Source: a virus
Direction: 5' to 3' (one strand)
Length of the DNA: 39,490 bases
UHGV virus genome: UHGV-0154499
The notes below the pieces were generated by a model, which worked only from the letters and a program-made list of their open reading frames with translations, was not told where the DNA came from and did not search any database. How positions within the stretch are numbered: position 1 is the first letter of the stretch; each line of letters opens with the position of its first letter. Made by a program: the position numbers and the translations under genes. This document shows positions 27,932 through 36,330 of this stretch, one piece after another.

Positions 27932-28318
27932 TCAGGCGGCTGCACCCGCCGGTTCATATCTGCTGATCGTTATCTCTACCCGACCTTTCGGCACTACGGG
28001 TCCCCATTCCACCAGCATGCGCTTAATCTGGCTGTCATCTTCCCAGACACCCGCATGCGTCAGCGCGTCAAACAGGGCTTTGTTGTAATTATCGATATCC
28101 CGGCGGCGCGCATCCGGCGGGTACAGAGTGATTTCTACCGCTGCCAGTTCAGTCGATGGCTTCGGGAGACGTCGTAATTGCTCAATGATCGCCACGCAGG
28201 CAGCGCTCTGGTATTTACGGCCATCAGCGCTAATGAGGTGACGACCGGCCAGCGGCCCCTTGTTAGGGGCGCGCCAGTAGGTGTTCACGCTGGGTGGAAA
28301 TGGGAGTATGAGCCTCAT
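27932..28318 (-). CDS. rusA: Holliday junction resolvase RusA
   Basis: MRLILPFPPSVNTYW...RRDIDNYNKALFDALTHAGVWEDDSQI is the canonical RusA fold signature. Confidence 0.9.
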   Translation of the reverse strand: MRLILPFPPSVNTYWRAPNKGPLAGRHLISADGRKYQSAACVAIIEQLRRLPKPSTELAAVEITLYPPDARRRDIDNYNKALFDALTHAGVWEDDSQIKRMLVEWGPVVPKGRVEITISRYEPAGAAA

Positions 28319-28432
28319 TAAAAGCCTCCGTCATAATTCCTGAAACATACCTCAACTTTCCCGCTATAGTGACGAACACGTTGAACAACATCCGAAATAG
28401 GCGCTATGCCAGCATGGAGATAAAAGACTGTT

Positions 28433-29326
28433 TCACGCATGAGTTACCCCCCGCATGCTGTCGACAAGACCTTGCGCAATTGTGATGATTTCGCTGGTGG
28501 CCGTTCGTTCCAGCCATAGTTGATTGATATTGGCTTTCAGCTTGTTCTGCTGTGGTTCCTCCAGCATGTCAGCCCCTTCCACCTGGTTAAACACAATATC
28601 CACCTCAAGTGGCCAGATGCGTGATTCAACTTCTGGCAATGACAGCGGCACAGCAGCGGGCATTTCACGTGGTTGCACTGCTGGTGGCTGAACCTTCGCG
28701 GCGACAAACGTGGCCAGAGCCATAGAAGCACGCCCTTTTGCCTCCAGTTCTGTGCGGTTGATGTAGCTGAACCGCTCACCACGCCATGACTTATCGAATA
28801 CAGCTATGGCACCGGCAAAAAACGCGCTGGTGGGCTTCTGTTTTTCGTCAGCAGGTACAAACCACACAGGCAGATCGAACCCAATGCGCCCGCGAATGAA
28901 TACAATGTGATCGGCATCTTCCGGCCACCACGTTTCACTCGGCGCGGCTTTTATCAGGAATACATAGCGACCGCCCTTTTCGCGCTGGGCTGCTGCGTAC
29001 TTCATGATGTGCGTCATACCAGTGATCGCCTGTTTCTCGTGGTACTGCGAACGGCTATACGGTGGGTTGCCATAACCTGCACCACCTAGTTCTGCCAGAC
29101 GTTCAGACCAATCCTGGGTCAGCGCGTTATCTTCGGCGGTGTACCATGCCGGGCATTTCGCGTTGTCGTCGTCAGCAAACAAGTCCAGAACTAATGGGCC
29201 AAATAACGCGTTGATCCCCCAGAAAAGCAGATCAGGTGTCCGCCACTGATCGCCAACTTCTTTCAATTCGTGGGCTGATTGTCTACGTAGTGCCGCCAAC
29301 GCCTGGCAATATTTGTTTAACGTCAT
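28433..29326 (-). CDS. Phage DNA N6-adenine methyltransferase (Dam-like, orphan)
   Basis: NPPY catalytic motif (GYGNPPYSRS) and a phage Dam-family N-terminal region; no adjacent restriction endonuclease gene. Confidence 0.8.
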   Translation of the reverse strand: MTLNKYCQALAALRRQSAHELKEVGDQWRTPDLLFWGINALFGPLVLDLFADDDNAKCPAWYTAEDNALTQDWSERLAELGGAGYGNPPYSRSQYHEKQAITGMTHIMKYAAAQREKGGRYVFLIKAAPSETWWPEDADHIVFIRGRIGFDLPVWFVPADEKQKPTSAFFAGAIAVFDKSWRGERFSYINRTELEAKGRASMALATFVAAKVQPPAVQPREMPAAVPLSLPEVESRIWPLEVDIVFNQVEGADMLEEPQQNKLKANINQLWLERTATSEIITIAQGLVDSMRGVTHA

Positions 29327-30180
29327 CCTCTGAACCCCGCAGGAATCGTTGCATCAACCGGACCAAAAGCCATCACATCGCGCTTTTTCTCCCCCCAGTC
29401 AGCGCGCTTAGGCCGTCCCTTCTGATCCCAGCGGGTAGCGCTTTGCAGATAGCTCTCGAATTTCTTCGGGCCGAACAGCGTTTCCGGTCGCATGTACTGG
29501 TACTGCTCGTCGTTCTCGTGCCAGTGCTCATGCTTCAGGTCAATAACCAGTTGCAGGTCTGCAACGCTGTATCCCTCACGCAGTCGGGCGCGGATGTTTT
29601 CCAGGGATGTTTTGGATTTCTGATACCGGGATCCGCTGATCTGGTTCAAATGGGTCAGAACCAAAATCGCCTGGTCAGTAATCACAACTTCAGGGTCTGG
29701 TTGCGCCGCAACCGGACAAGAGGGTTTTGAAGTTACTTGTGGATCTTGTGTTGATTTTACTGACGGATCCCCGCCAGATTCTGACGGGTCAAAACCGCCG
29801 TTTTTGCCAGATTTCGACGGGTCAGATTTTGAGGCGTCAAATTTTGATGCGTCAGATTTTGACGCGTCAGAATCTGACAGTTGAGAAAATGCAGCAGTCT
29901 GAAGTTTCGCCACATTCAGGCGGTACACGTTAGAAGCATTACGATTACCATTACGGCGCTGTGTACGCGTCAGCCAGCCATCTTTTTCAAGCTTAGCGAT
30001 TGCTGTTCTAATGGTGCTCGGACCCGCGCCAAGCTGGCGAGCAATAGTTTCAATGGACGGCCAGCACACGCCCTCATCGCTGCTGAAATCAGCAAGGCGA
30101 GCCATGATCGCGACACTAGACAACTTCATGCCCGACGCCGCGCAACCATCCCATACGTAGCCGGTTAATTTAGTGCTCAT
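29323..30180 (-). CDS. Replication initiator protein, O-like (wHTH N-terminus, iterons inside the gene)
   Basis: N-terminal wHTH replication-protein pattern (SIETIARQLGAGPSTIRTAIAKLEKDGWL); the internal acidic repeat SDSDASKSDASKFDASKSD is the translated iteron array. Confidence 0.8.
   Translation of the reverse strand: MSTKLTGYVWDGCAASGMKLSSVAIMARLADFSSDEGVCWPSIETIARQLGAGPSTIRTAIAKLEKDGWLTRTQRRNGNRNASNVYRLNVAKLQTAAFSQLSDSDASKSDASKFDASKSDPSKSGKNGGFDPSESGGDPSVKSTQDPQVTSKPSCPVAAQPDPEVVITDQAILVLTHLNQISGSRYQKSKTSLENIRARLREGYSVADLQLVIDLKHEHWHENDEQYQYMRPETLFGPKKFESYLQSATRWDQKGRPKRADWGEKKRDVMAFGPVDATIPAGFRG
29761..29880. repeat. Replication-origin iterons (5-6 direct repeats of about 15 bp) inside the O-like gene
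   Basis: Plus-strand units gacgggtcagatttt / gaggcgtcaaatttt / gatgcgtcagatttt / gacgcgtcagaatct, with degenerate copies upstream. Confidence 0.75.
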
Positions 30181-30189
30181 GATCGTCCG

Positions 30190-30516
30190 TTATCTCCCTG
30201 AACTTTTGCCTGAAATGCTCAAGTGGGCTGAAGCATTCGTGCGGGTAGCCATCACGCAGATAGATAACGCGCTGTGTTTCTGGCTCCCAGCGGATAACAC
30301 GGACTGGCACTCCGCGGTGGTCTTTGAACCTTCGGTTAAGTTCGCGCACAGGCGTTTTGCCCTCCGGTAGTAGACCCCCACAATTACAGAGGCCTGACTG
30401 TGGTTACATGACACCCAGCGATTTGATACTTTGCATTCATACCGAAACAGCGGAAGACCCGGAACCGGGATCATTCGCAGTTGCGGTAAGTGAGGATTTA
30501 CGATTAAATTGCTCAT
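30190..30516 (-). CDS. Hypothetical small protein between the cII-like and O-like genes
   Basis: Internal ATG 6 nt after the cII-like stop, preceded by GGAGAAAT; ends 10 nt before the O-like start; translation is partly low-complexity, so coding status is uncertain. Confidence 0.35.
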   Translation of the reverse strand: MSNLIVNPHLPQLRMIPVPGLPLFRYECKVSNRWVSCNHSQASVIVGVYYRRAKRLCANLTEGSKTTAECQSVLSAGSQKHSALSICVMATRTNASAHLSISGKSSGR

Positions 30517-30521
30517 GCGGA

Positions 30522-31073
30522 TTATTTCTCCATACTCGAAGAGTTGTTCGCCAAGGCGCCCGGAGCTGCACACTCGCGGGCGTCACTCATTTCTGGAAGG
30601 CAATAAACTCGAGAAATCAGGTTCAGAAACGTCATAAGCGTTACCCGGAACTGGTAGGCGATTTCGTTCAGACTGTCCCACTCACCTTTATCAACCACGC
30701 CATCATCGATGTATCGACGGTATGCGTTGACCAGATCCCCGAGCCTGCCCACCAGCTCAGCCAGCTTTAAGCCAATCTCTTCGTTCTCTGTTTCTGGTGC
30801 CGCGCCCGGGATATGGATCCCGTTATCTGTTTGACGAGAAAACGCGTCAGCTATGTAGCTAACACCGGCTGCTTTCTGTAAAACCATCGCCCACCCCATA
30901 GGGAAGATCTGATCACCATCTACGCGGAGGCGGTTAAACAGTGCGTTCTCTGTTACCCCCAACCATTCCGCCGCTTCGGCGTAGCCACCAGGCAGATCGG
31001 TAATCGTCTTTTTAATCGCTACCACCAGCCAGATTGGCTGACGTTCAACTTTCCAAATAGGTTCGTTACCCAC
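30522..31073 (-). CDS. cII-like phage regulatory protein (CP76-type)
   Basis: Position directly after cro; HTH region (GGYAEAAEWLGVTENALFNRL); GTG start with an AAGGGG RBS. Confidence 0.65.
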   Translation of the reverse strand: MGNEPIWKVERQPIWLVVAIKKTITDLPGGYAEAAEWLGVTENALFNRLRVDGDQIFPMGWAMVLQKAAGVSYIADAFSRQTDNGIHIPGAAPETENEEIGLKLAELVGRLGDLVNAYRRYIDDGVVDKGEWDSLNEIAYQFRVTLMTFLNLISRVYCLPEMSDARECAAPGALANNSSSMEK

Positions 31074-31101
31074 GGTTAACCCCTTAATTCTGTGGTTTTA
31101 A

Positions 31102-31299
31102 TCACGCAGCCGAATGGCTACGCTTTTCATAAAGTGATTGGTCAACTTTCAAATCACCTTTCGTCAGCGCTTGGATCTCAAATGCTCGTCCCTTTGGAAT
31201 AATTTCATCCCAGCCCGACACGGACGCATGAGAGATATTCAACGCCTTAGCGGTTTTCCCTACGCCACCGAAGTAAGAAATAACGTCATTCTTTTTCAT
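31102..31299 (-). CDS. cro: Cro-like HTH repressor
   Basis: 65 aa; HTH (KTAKALNISHASVSGW); divergent from cI across the operator region. Confidence 0.8.
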   Translation of the reverse strand: MKKNDVISYFGGVGKTAKALNISHASVSGWDEIIPKGRAFEIQALTKGDLKVDQSLYEKRSHSAA

Positions 31300-31398
31300 T
31301 TTTCCCTCTGGAGTTAAGTAATGCAGTGCACTGATAGTAGGATATCTTACATTAAATGGTCAAGCACTCCTACATCAGATAATGGTAGGATTGCCTAC
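31300..31398. promoter_or_regulatory. OR-like operator/promoter region between cro and cI (PR/PRM)
   Basis: Operator copies TAGTAGGATATCTTACAT (about 31335-31352) and TGGTAGGATTGCCTACAT (about 31383-31400), plus a third inverted element CCTACATCAGATAATGGTAGG. Confidence 0.65.
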
Positions 31399-32055
31399 AT
31401 GAAAATGAATGATCGAATCCGAAGCAGACGAAAAGAGCTAAAGATGACGCAATCTGTCCTGGCAAAGCTTGTCGGGGTTAATCGCGTCACCATCACCGGT
31501 TGGGAATCCGGTGACTACAAACCGGGTGGTGAAAACCTCCAGGCGCTTGCGGCTGCACTAGAAAAGACGCCGCAGTGGTTACTGGAAGGAAAGGATGATG
31601 GAAGTCAGCAACCACCAACCATGGACCCGGAGCAAAGATTCGGAATTAGGTCAGTTCCCGTTCTCACATGGGTACAGGCCGGGGAATGGACGGCCAATAG
31701 CGGAACGATCACAGAGCGGGACATTCATGACTGGGTCTATACTTCGGCTGCCGTTTCTGAAAGCGCATTTGCACTCATTGTTCGCGGCGACTCGATGACC
31801 AACCCTACAGGTGCACCAAGTATCCCCGAGGGCTCTATTGTCGTTGTAGAGCCTGATTTTGGTGATGCCAGTCAAGCTAATGGAAAAATTGTTATTGCAC
31901 AGCTTCTGGGAAGTGATGAAGCCACTATTAAAAAGTTCGTCATTGATGGGCCGCTGAAATACCTAGTACCTCTCAACCCCAATTACAGGATTTTAGAAGT
32001 CAATGGCAACTGCCGATTGGTAGGGTTAGTAAGACAAGTAATAATGGATTTATAA
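31399..32055 (+). CDS. cI: CI-like repressor (HTH plus LexA/S24 peptidase-like C-terminal domain)
   Basis: N-terminal HTH (LKMTQSVLAKLVGVNRVTITGWESG) and C-terminal S24 domain with the Ser region (IVRGDSMTNP) and the Lys-containing region (VIAQLLGSDEATIKKF); start set at MKMND. Confidence 0.88.
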   Translation: MKMNDRIRSRRKELKMTQSVLAKLVGVNRVTITGWESGDYKPGGENLQALAAALEKTPQWLLEGKDDGSQQPPTMDPEQRFGIRSVPVLTWVQAGEWTANSGTITERDIHDWVYTSAAVSESAFALIVRGDSMTNPTGAPSIPEGSIVVVEPDFGDASQANGKIVIAQLLGSDEATIKKFVIDGPLKYLVPLNPNYRILEVNGNCRLVGLVRQVIMDL

Positions 32056-32056
32056 G

Positions 32057-32082
32057 AAAACCGGGAATACCCGGTTTTTTTT
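32057..32082 (+). terminator. Intrinsic terminator directly after cI
   Basis: AAAACCGGG-aatac-CCGGTTTTTTTT starting 2 nt after the cI stop. Confidence 0.8.
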
Positions 32083-32091
32083 CGCCCCTCA

Positions 32092-32146
32092 ATGTAAGTT
32101 ATCCAACATTTCCCCTTGACCTCAAATAGTAAGTTATCCTACATTA
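32092..32146 (+). promoter_or_regulatory. OL-like operators with candidate PL promoter
   Basis: Two copies of the same 18-bp operator family as OR (ATGTAAGTTATCCAACAT and TAGTAAGTTATCCTACAT) flanking TTGACC, with a weak -10 (TACATT) inside the second operator. Confidence 0.6.
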
Positions 32147-32249
32147 TTCACATCAACAGCGAACAGGCAGGACGCCCATGAAGTAGCCGCCCGGGGCATA
32201 TGAAGGCCAGGATGATTCGCTAACACATAAATTCTCAAGGGGCTTCAGG

Positions 32250-32492
32250 ATGAAAGAGAACGAACCACATATTTATGCCGGTAGCATGAGCAACGAAGAG
32301 CTTTATCAGTGGCTGTGTAAGAAGGTTGAAGCAATGGCGCATCTTCGTCAGTTACATATGGATAAAGCCTCCTGTGTGCGAAGGCTTGAAGAAGTGGATT
32401 CAATGATCACTGAAGCTACCCTTGAATCTCAATTAGAAATTTCTCGGACAACTCAGGGTCCCATTCAGCGTCCAAATAATCAGGGAAGTTAA
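32250..32492 (+). CDS. Hypothetical 80-aa protein, first ORF downstream of the candidate PL
   Basis: ATG with moderate RBS; helical-looking composition; overlaps the 3' end of the convergent minus-strand gene, so one of the two may be spurious. Confidence 0.3.
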   Translation: MKENEPHIYAGSMSNEELYQWLCKKVEAMAHLRQLHMDKASCVRRLEEVDSMITEATLESQLEISRTTQGPIQRPNNQGS

Positions 32493-32862
32493 CTGGGTAA
32501 TTTGAGTGAGTAATGCGCGAGAGATATTCACTTGCTGGCTCCGGAAGAGCAGAGAACTGGATTTCATCGTGCAGGGCAAGCAGCGCATCAGTAAGTGTTA
32601 AATCTCGAATTACTGACAGCGGCCATTTGTATTTGAGAAGCAACTTGTGGTGAAGAGCCTGTTTTCCGTTAAGTCCATTGAGTTGATTCCCGTACTTTTT
32701 ACGGTGCTCATAGAGAATGATGTCTAGAGCACAGATTAGCACGGCGCGGTTTGTGACACAGGAAACTTCAGAGCTATCAACATAGCCACTGATTTGGATA
32801 CCGCGAAGTTGAGCAATATTGCTTTTGATCTGCGTAAAGAGGTGAGCGATTCCATTAATCAT
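32416..32862 (-). CDS. Hypothetical 148-aa protein encoded convergently inside the early-left region
   Basis: Internal ATG (MINGIAHLFTQ...) preceded by AAGGAA at 6 nt; GC lower than backbone; the upstream in-frame part of the track ORF (GTG start, Cys/Trp/Arg-rich) looks non-coding. Confidence 0.4.
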   Translation of the reverse strand: MINGIAHLFTQIKSNIAQLRGIQISGYVDSSEVSCVTNRAVLICALDIILYEHRKKYGNQLNGLNGKQALHHKLLLKYKWPLSVIRDLTLTDALLALHDEIQFSALPEPASEYLSRITHSNYPVNFPDYLDAEWDPELSEKFLIEIQG

Positions 32863-33446
32863 TTTGATTCCTTCGGGGTTGTAGGGACTTTGAAGGATAC
32901 CACCACGCCTGATGTGGTTAAAAGCAGGCCAAAGCAATAACAAGTAACTCCCTGTTCTGGCGGCCCGGTGTTTTCCCGTGTATTTCCGGTAACCGCCAGC
33001 CTTTTTCAGGGAACAACGACGAGAGCATTGACGAGCAAGGCATAAGTGCTGGTTCGATTCCAGACAGTCCCATTCAGTTGGGAGGGTTGGGCAGGGAAAA
33101 GGTTCGTTCGATTCGGACACCGGCAGTGTTCTCTTCGTTGTGGTGAATTGCAGTCCATCGAGACAACCAGAAGATAAGCATCTGGCGCCACAACCTTATT
33201 GCTGTGTGTAGTCTTGGCGGTACCAGGGTCTTCAACCTTATACAAGGGGGACGAAGATAATGTTCTACCTCGTTACCGCCCTTTTTACGCAACAGAAAAG
33301 GGCATCACCGGGCGACGGGCTCATAACCCAATCCACCCGGGCAAAAAGAAAGCGGTCTCTGCAAGCCGCCGACCAATGCAGGTGCCCTTCTCTGTTGTGT
33401 ATGGAGAAAGTTCGGCGGTTGCAGCCGCCTTAACGAGGGTAAAACC

Positions 33447-33818
33447 ATGAGTAATGACCGCATGACCGTAGTGCCAGATTTTCTTGGCGAACTGGATGCC
33501 GGCGTGTTCATGAACAAAATCGCGGCAGCACTTAATACCACCGCGCTTGGCGTTCTAAACAACGGCAACAAAGGAAAAGTAGTCCTCACCTTTGATTTTG
33601 AGCGCATGGGTAATTCCGTTGAAGAGAAGCGCGTCAAGATCAAACACAAGCTGAACTACAGCACCCCGACACCGCGTGGTAAAGCCTCCGAGGAGGACAC
33701 AACCGAAACCCCGATGTGGGTCAACAAAGGCGGGAAGCTCACCATCCTGCAGGAAGATCAGGGGCAACTGTTCGGGATCACTGGCGCGGTGGATGGAAAG
33801 CTTAAAGCGGCTCAGTGA
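33447..33818 (+). CDS. Hypothetical early protein (possibly YfdP-like, as in E. coli prophage CPS-53)
   Basis: 123 aa; first clear gene of the plus-strand early-left operon; family assignment is from memory. Confidence 0.6.
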   Translation: MSNDRMTVVPDFLGELDAGVFMNKIAAALNTTALGVLNNGNKGKVVLTFDFERMGNSVEEKRVKIKHKLNYSTPTPRGKASEEDTTETPMWVNKGGKLTILQEDQGQLFGITGAVDGKLKAAQ

Positions 33819-33874
33819 TCCGCAACAACAAACTCACTGATACCACTTCGATCATCAGTTAATAAGGAATTTTT

Positions 33875-34702
33875 ATGTCTCAGCTAGACAGCGGTACCTT
33901 CAAGCAGGTCAAAGACCTGGTTCTTTCCGGTTATCACCTGAATGATATTCATGGCCTGGCTTGCCCGACCGCATTACTGCCAGAGGGTACTGGCATTGAA
34001 AGCCTCGAGCGCTTTTCTCTGGAGCGTTTCCGCTTTCGTGGTGCAATGACCACAACCAGTATTGATGACTTCGCACGTTATTCTAAAGGTTACGCCAGCG
34101 ACAGTGAGCCAGCTCGTTGCTTTATTGACGCTGACAACATGACCGCTCGTTCAGTGTTCAACATCGGCACCCTGGATAATCCCGGTCACGCCGATAACGT
34201 TGCTTCAATCACCCTGAAGAAAACCGCCCCGTTCCGCGCGCTACTGCAGATCGATGGTCAACGCCTGAAGCAAAAGCAAATCGCCGAATGGCTGGAAGAC
34301 TGGAGCGATTACCTTCTGGCGTTTGATGCTGATGGCAATACGATGCAGATTTCCCAGGCTGCTCAGGCTGTGCGTCGTATCACTATTCAGCAAGCAACAC
34401 AGCAAGACCATGAAACTGGTGATTTCGCTGGTAAAAAATCGCTGATGCAAAGCGTTGAAGCAAGCAGCAAAGACGTAATGCCTGTGGCGTTCGAGTTCAA
34501 ATGTGTGCCGTATGAAGGTCTGGGCGAACGCCGCTTTAGCTTGCGTAACAGCCTGCTGACCAGCGATGAACCCTGCTTTGTTCTGCGCATCGTCCAACTT
34601 GAAGCCCAGGAAGAAGAGATCGCCAACGAATTCCGCGATTTGCTGATCAGCAAGTTCGAAGGTGAATCAGTGGAAACTTTCATCGGTAACTTTAAAGCCT
34701 AA
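33875..34702 (+). CDS. DUF2303-family protein (possibly YfdQ-like)
   Basis: 275 aa; N-terminus MSQLDSGTFKQVKDLVLSGYHLNDIHGLACPTALLPEGT resembles recalled YfdQ. Confidence 0.65.
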   Translation: MSQLDSGTFKQVKDLVLSGYHLNDIHGLACPTALLPEGTGIESLERFSLERFRFRGAMTTTSIDDFARYSKGYASDSEPARCFIDADNMTARSVFNIGTLDNPGHADNVASITLKKTAPFRALLQIDGQRLKQKQIAEWLEDWSDYLLAFDADGNTMQISQAAQAVRRITIQQATQQDHETGDFAGKKSLMQSVEASSKDVMPVAFEFKCVPYEGLGERRFSLRNSLLTSDEPCFVLRIVQLEAQEEEIANEFRDLLISKFEGESVETFIGNFKA

Positions 34703-34713
34703 TTGCTCTGCAT

Positions 34714-34745
34714 TAAATCCCCGGCGCCGCGGGGATTTATTGAAG
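34714..34745 (+). terminator. Intergenic hairpin with weak U-run inside the early-left operon (possible attenuator)
   Basis: AAATCCCCG-gcgc-CGGGGATTT followed by ATTGAA; perfect 9-bp stem. Confidence 0.35.
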
Positions 34746-34830
34746 CGTAATTCCATTAATTATCGCCACCCGGCGAGGGATTCTTGCAACCAAAATCTGC
34801 GCGGTGCAGCGCGCCAATATGGAGAAAACC

Positions 34831-35370
34831 ATGAGCTACATTCAGACATTATCCGGTAAAAAATTTAACTACCCGACCGCCACAATCGACGATATTGATA
34901 TCGAGGATATCGCGACTGCTCTTTCCAACATCTGTCGATTCGCTGGGCATCTTCCAGAGTTCTACAGCGTGGCCCAGCACTCTGTGCTTGTAAGCCAGAT
35001 TGTGCCGCCAGAGTTCGCCTTTGAAGCGCTGATGCACGACGCTGCGGAGGCATATTGCCAGGATATTCCTGACCCGCTCAAAGCCCTGTTACCTGACTAC
35101 CAACGCATGGAAACTTATGTTGATGGTCTTATCCGCTTTAAATTCGGTATCTCTCTCGAACAAGCTGCTGTCGTGAAATATGCCGATCTAACCATGTTAG
35201 CCACCGAGCGCCGTGATCTGGAAATCGATGACGGTTCGAAGTGGGAAATTCTCGAAGGTATTCCCTGCTCTGATCTCGTTCAGGTTATCCCCCTCCGTCC
35301 TGGTCAAGCCTATGGCCTGTTCATGAATCGCTTTAACGAACTGGTGGAGCTGCGCCAATGCGCCGCATGA
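34831..35370 (+). CDS. HD-domain phosphohydrolase (YfbR/YfdR-like 5'-deoxynucleotidase family)
   Basis: H...HD metal-binding motif (SVAQHSVLVSQ...ALMHDAAEAY); start set at MSYIQ with a GGAGAAAA RBS. Confidence 0.7.
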   Translation: MSYIQTLSGKKFNYPTATIDDIDIEDIATALSNICRFAGHLPEFYSVAQHSVLVSQIVPPEFAFEALMHDAAEAYCQDIPDPLKALLPDYQRMETYVDGLIRFKFGISLEQAAVVKYADLTMLATERRDLEIDDGSKWEILEGIPCSDLVQVIPLRPGQAYGLFMNRFNELVELRQCAA

Positions 35371-35534
35371 AGGTAAAAGAACTCGTTGCGGAGGCTTTTG
35401 CCTCCGTTGCTGAATTGCCACCAAAGCATGCACCGCTTATGCGCGAAGTCGCCACCAGACTGGACGCTACGTTCGCAGCATTAAAAGAGTCTCTGGTGCA
35501 ACTGGAACAGGAACGTAAAGGTAAAACGCCATGA
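35367..35534 (+). CDS. Small hypothetical protein (55 aa), translationally coupled on both sides; not in the ORF track
   Basis: ATGA start overlap with the upstream stop and ATGA stop overlap with the downstream start; translation MKVKELVAEAFASVAELPPKHAPLMREVATRLDATFAALKESLVQLEQERKGKTP. Confidence 0.5.
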   Translation: MKVKELVAEAFASVAELPPKHAPLMREVATRLDATFAALKESLVQLEQERKGKTP

Positions 35535-35785
35535 CCGTATTTGAATATCTCCAGGCTCATCCGAATACCACCAGCGGTGAAATCGCCAAAGGTATGAACA
35601 AAACGACGCCCGCGGTCGCTGGCGCATTATCGCAACTCTATGGCACCGGCCGGATCGTGAAGTCTGGTGTTCGCAAGGGCATTCCAACATACCGTGTTAA
35701 CGATATGCCGTTTGGGTGCAGTAACAGCCTAACCATGATGTTTAACCAGCTATTGAATAGCGCCAGACAGGGAGCAGCCCAATGA
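35531..35785 (+). CDS. Small winged-helix DNA-binding protein
   Basis: 84 aa; HTH-like TSGEIAKGMNKTTPAVAGALSQLYGTGRI. Confidence 0.6.
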   Translation: MTVFEYLQAHPNTTSGEIAKGMNKTTPAVAGALSQLYGTGRIVKSGVRKGIPTYRVNDMPFGCSNSLTMMFNQLLNSARQGAAQ

Positions 35786-35813
35786 CCGCACTTAACAAAC
35801 AGGAGCGTGCAGC

Positions 35814-36329
35814 ATGACAGTGCATACAATTAAGCAATGCCGTCCTGACCAGAAAGAAACCGAGTATTTCTGGAAGTTGTTTCATGCGGCACAACGCAAT
35901 GACGCTCGCTGGCACGGTAGTGAAATCAGCATTATCGCTGATGAGCTATCACGAACGGATTTAGATCGTAACCAAAAACTGTTTCTTCTCCGCGCCTGGC
36001 AAGTGCTTGTAGACGACAAAGGTGGATTCGGGCGCTTTATGGGTGCCTTTGATACTTACGTCTACAACATGCAGGACCCGGATGATGACTGCGTAGCGTG
36101 GAAGCCTGAACTTAGCAAACTGCTGTGTGACGGGCAATTGTTGGACGTGATTATCGATGCTTATCAGTCTGCTCGGCAGCGCATAGCAGAACTGGAGGCG
36201 CGGACAGTGACGCTTCCACCGACTTTCTGGTACGAGCACGATGATTTATCTCGCGACATTCCGGTGCTCGATAAGCGACTCGTCAAAAAAGCAATCCGCG
36301 CCGCTGGCATTGGCGTGAAGGGGGAGTGA
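35814..36329 (+). CDS. Hypothetical protein (171 aa)
   Basis: Complete ORF in the operon context; no recognised motif. Confidence 0.6.
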   Translation: MTVHTIKQCRPDQKETEYFWKLFHAAQRNDARWHGSEISIIADELSRTDLDRNQKLFLLRAWQVLVDDKGGFGRFMGAFDTYVYNMQDPDDDCVAWKPELSKLLCDGQLLDVIIDAYQSARQRIAELEARTVTLPPTFWYEHDDLSRDIPVLDKRLVKKAIRAAGIGVKGE

Positions 36330-36330
36330 G

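Noticed and set aside
30324-30770. Plus-strand 148-aa ORF (and 65-aa ORF at 30173-30370)
   Set aside because: Antisense to the cII-like gene and the small minus-strand gene; no RBS.
32863-33120. N-terminal extension of the minus-strand ORF 32416-33120 (234-aa form)
   Set aside because: Requires a GTG start without RBS and has a Cys/Trp/Arg-rich composition; the internal ATG at 32862 with an AAGGAA RBS is the more plausible start.
33006-33649. Minus-strand ORFs of 79, 72 and 114 aa, and the plus-strand 83-aa ORF 33199-33450
   Set aside because: Overlap a structured intergenic leader and the start of the first early gene; Arg/Pro-rich. The 83-aa ORF has an ATGA junction with the next gene but poor composition, so it is left uncalled.
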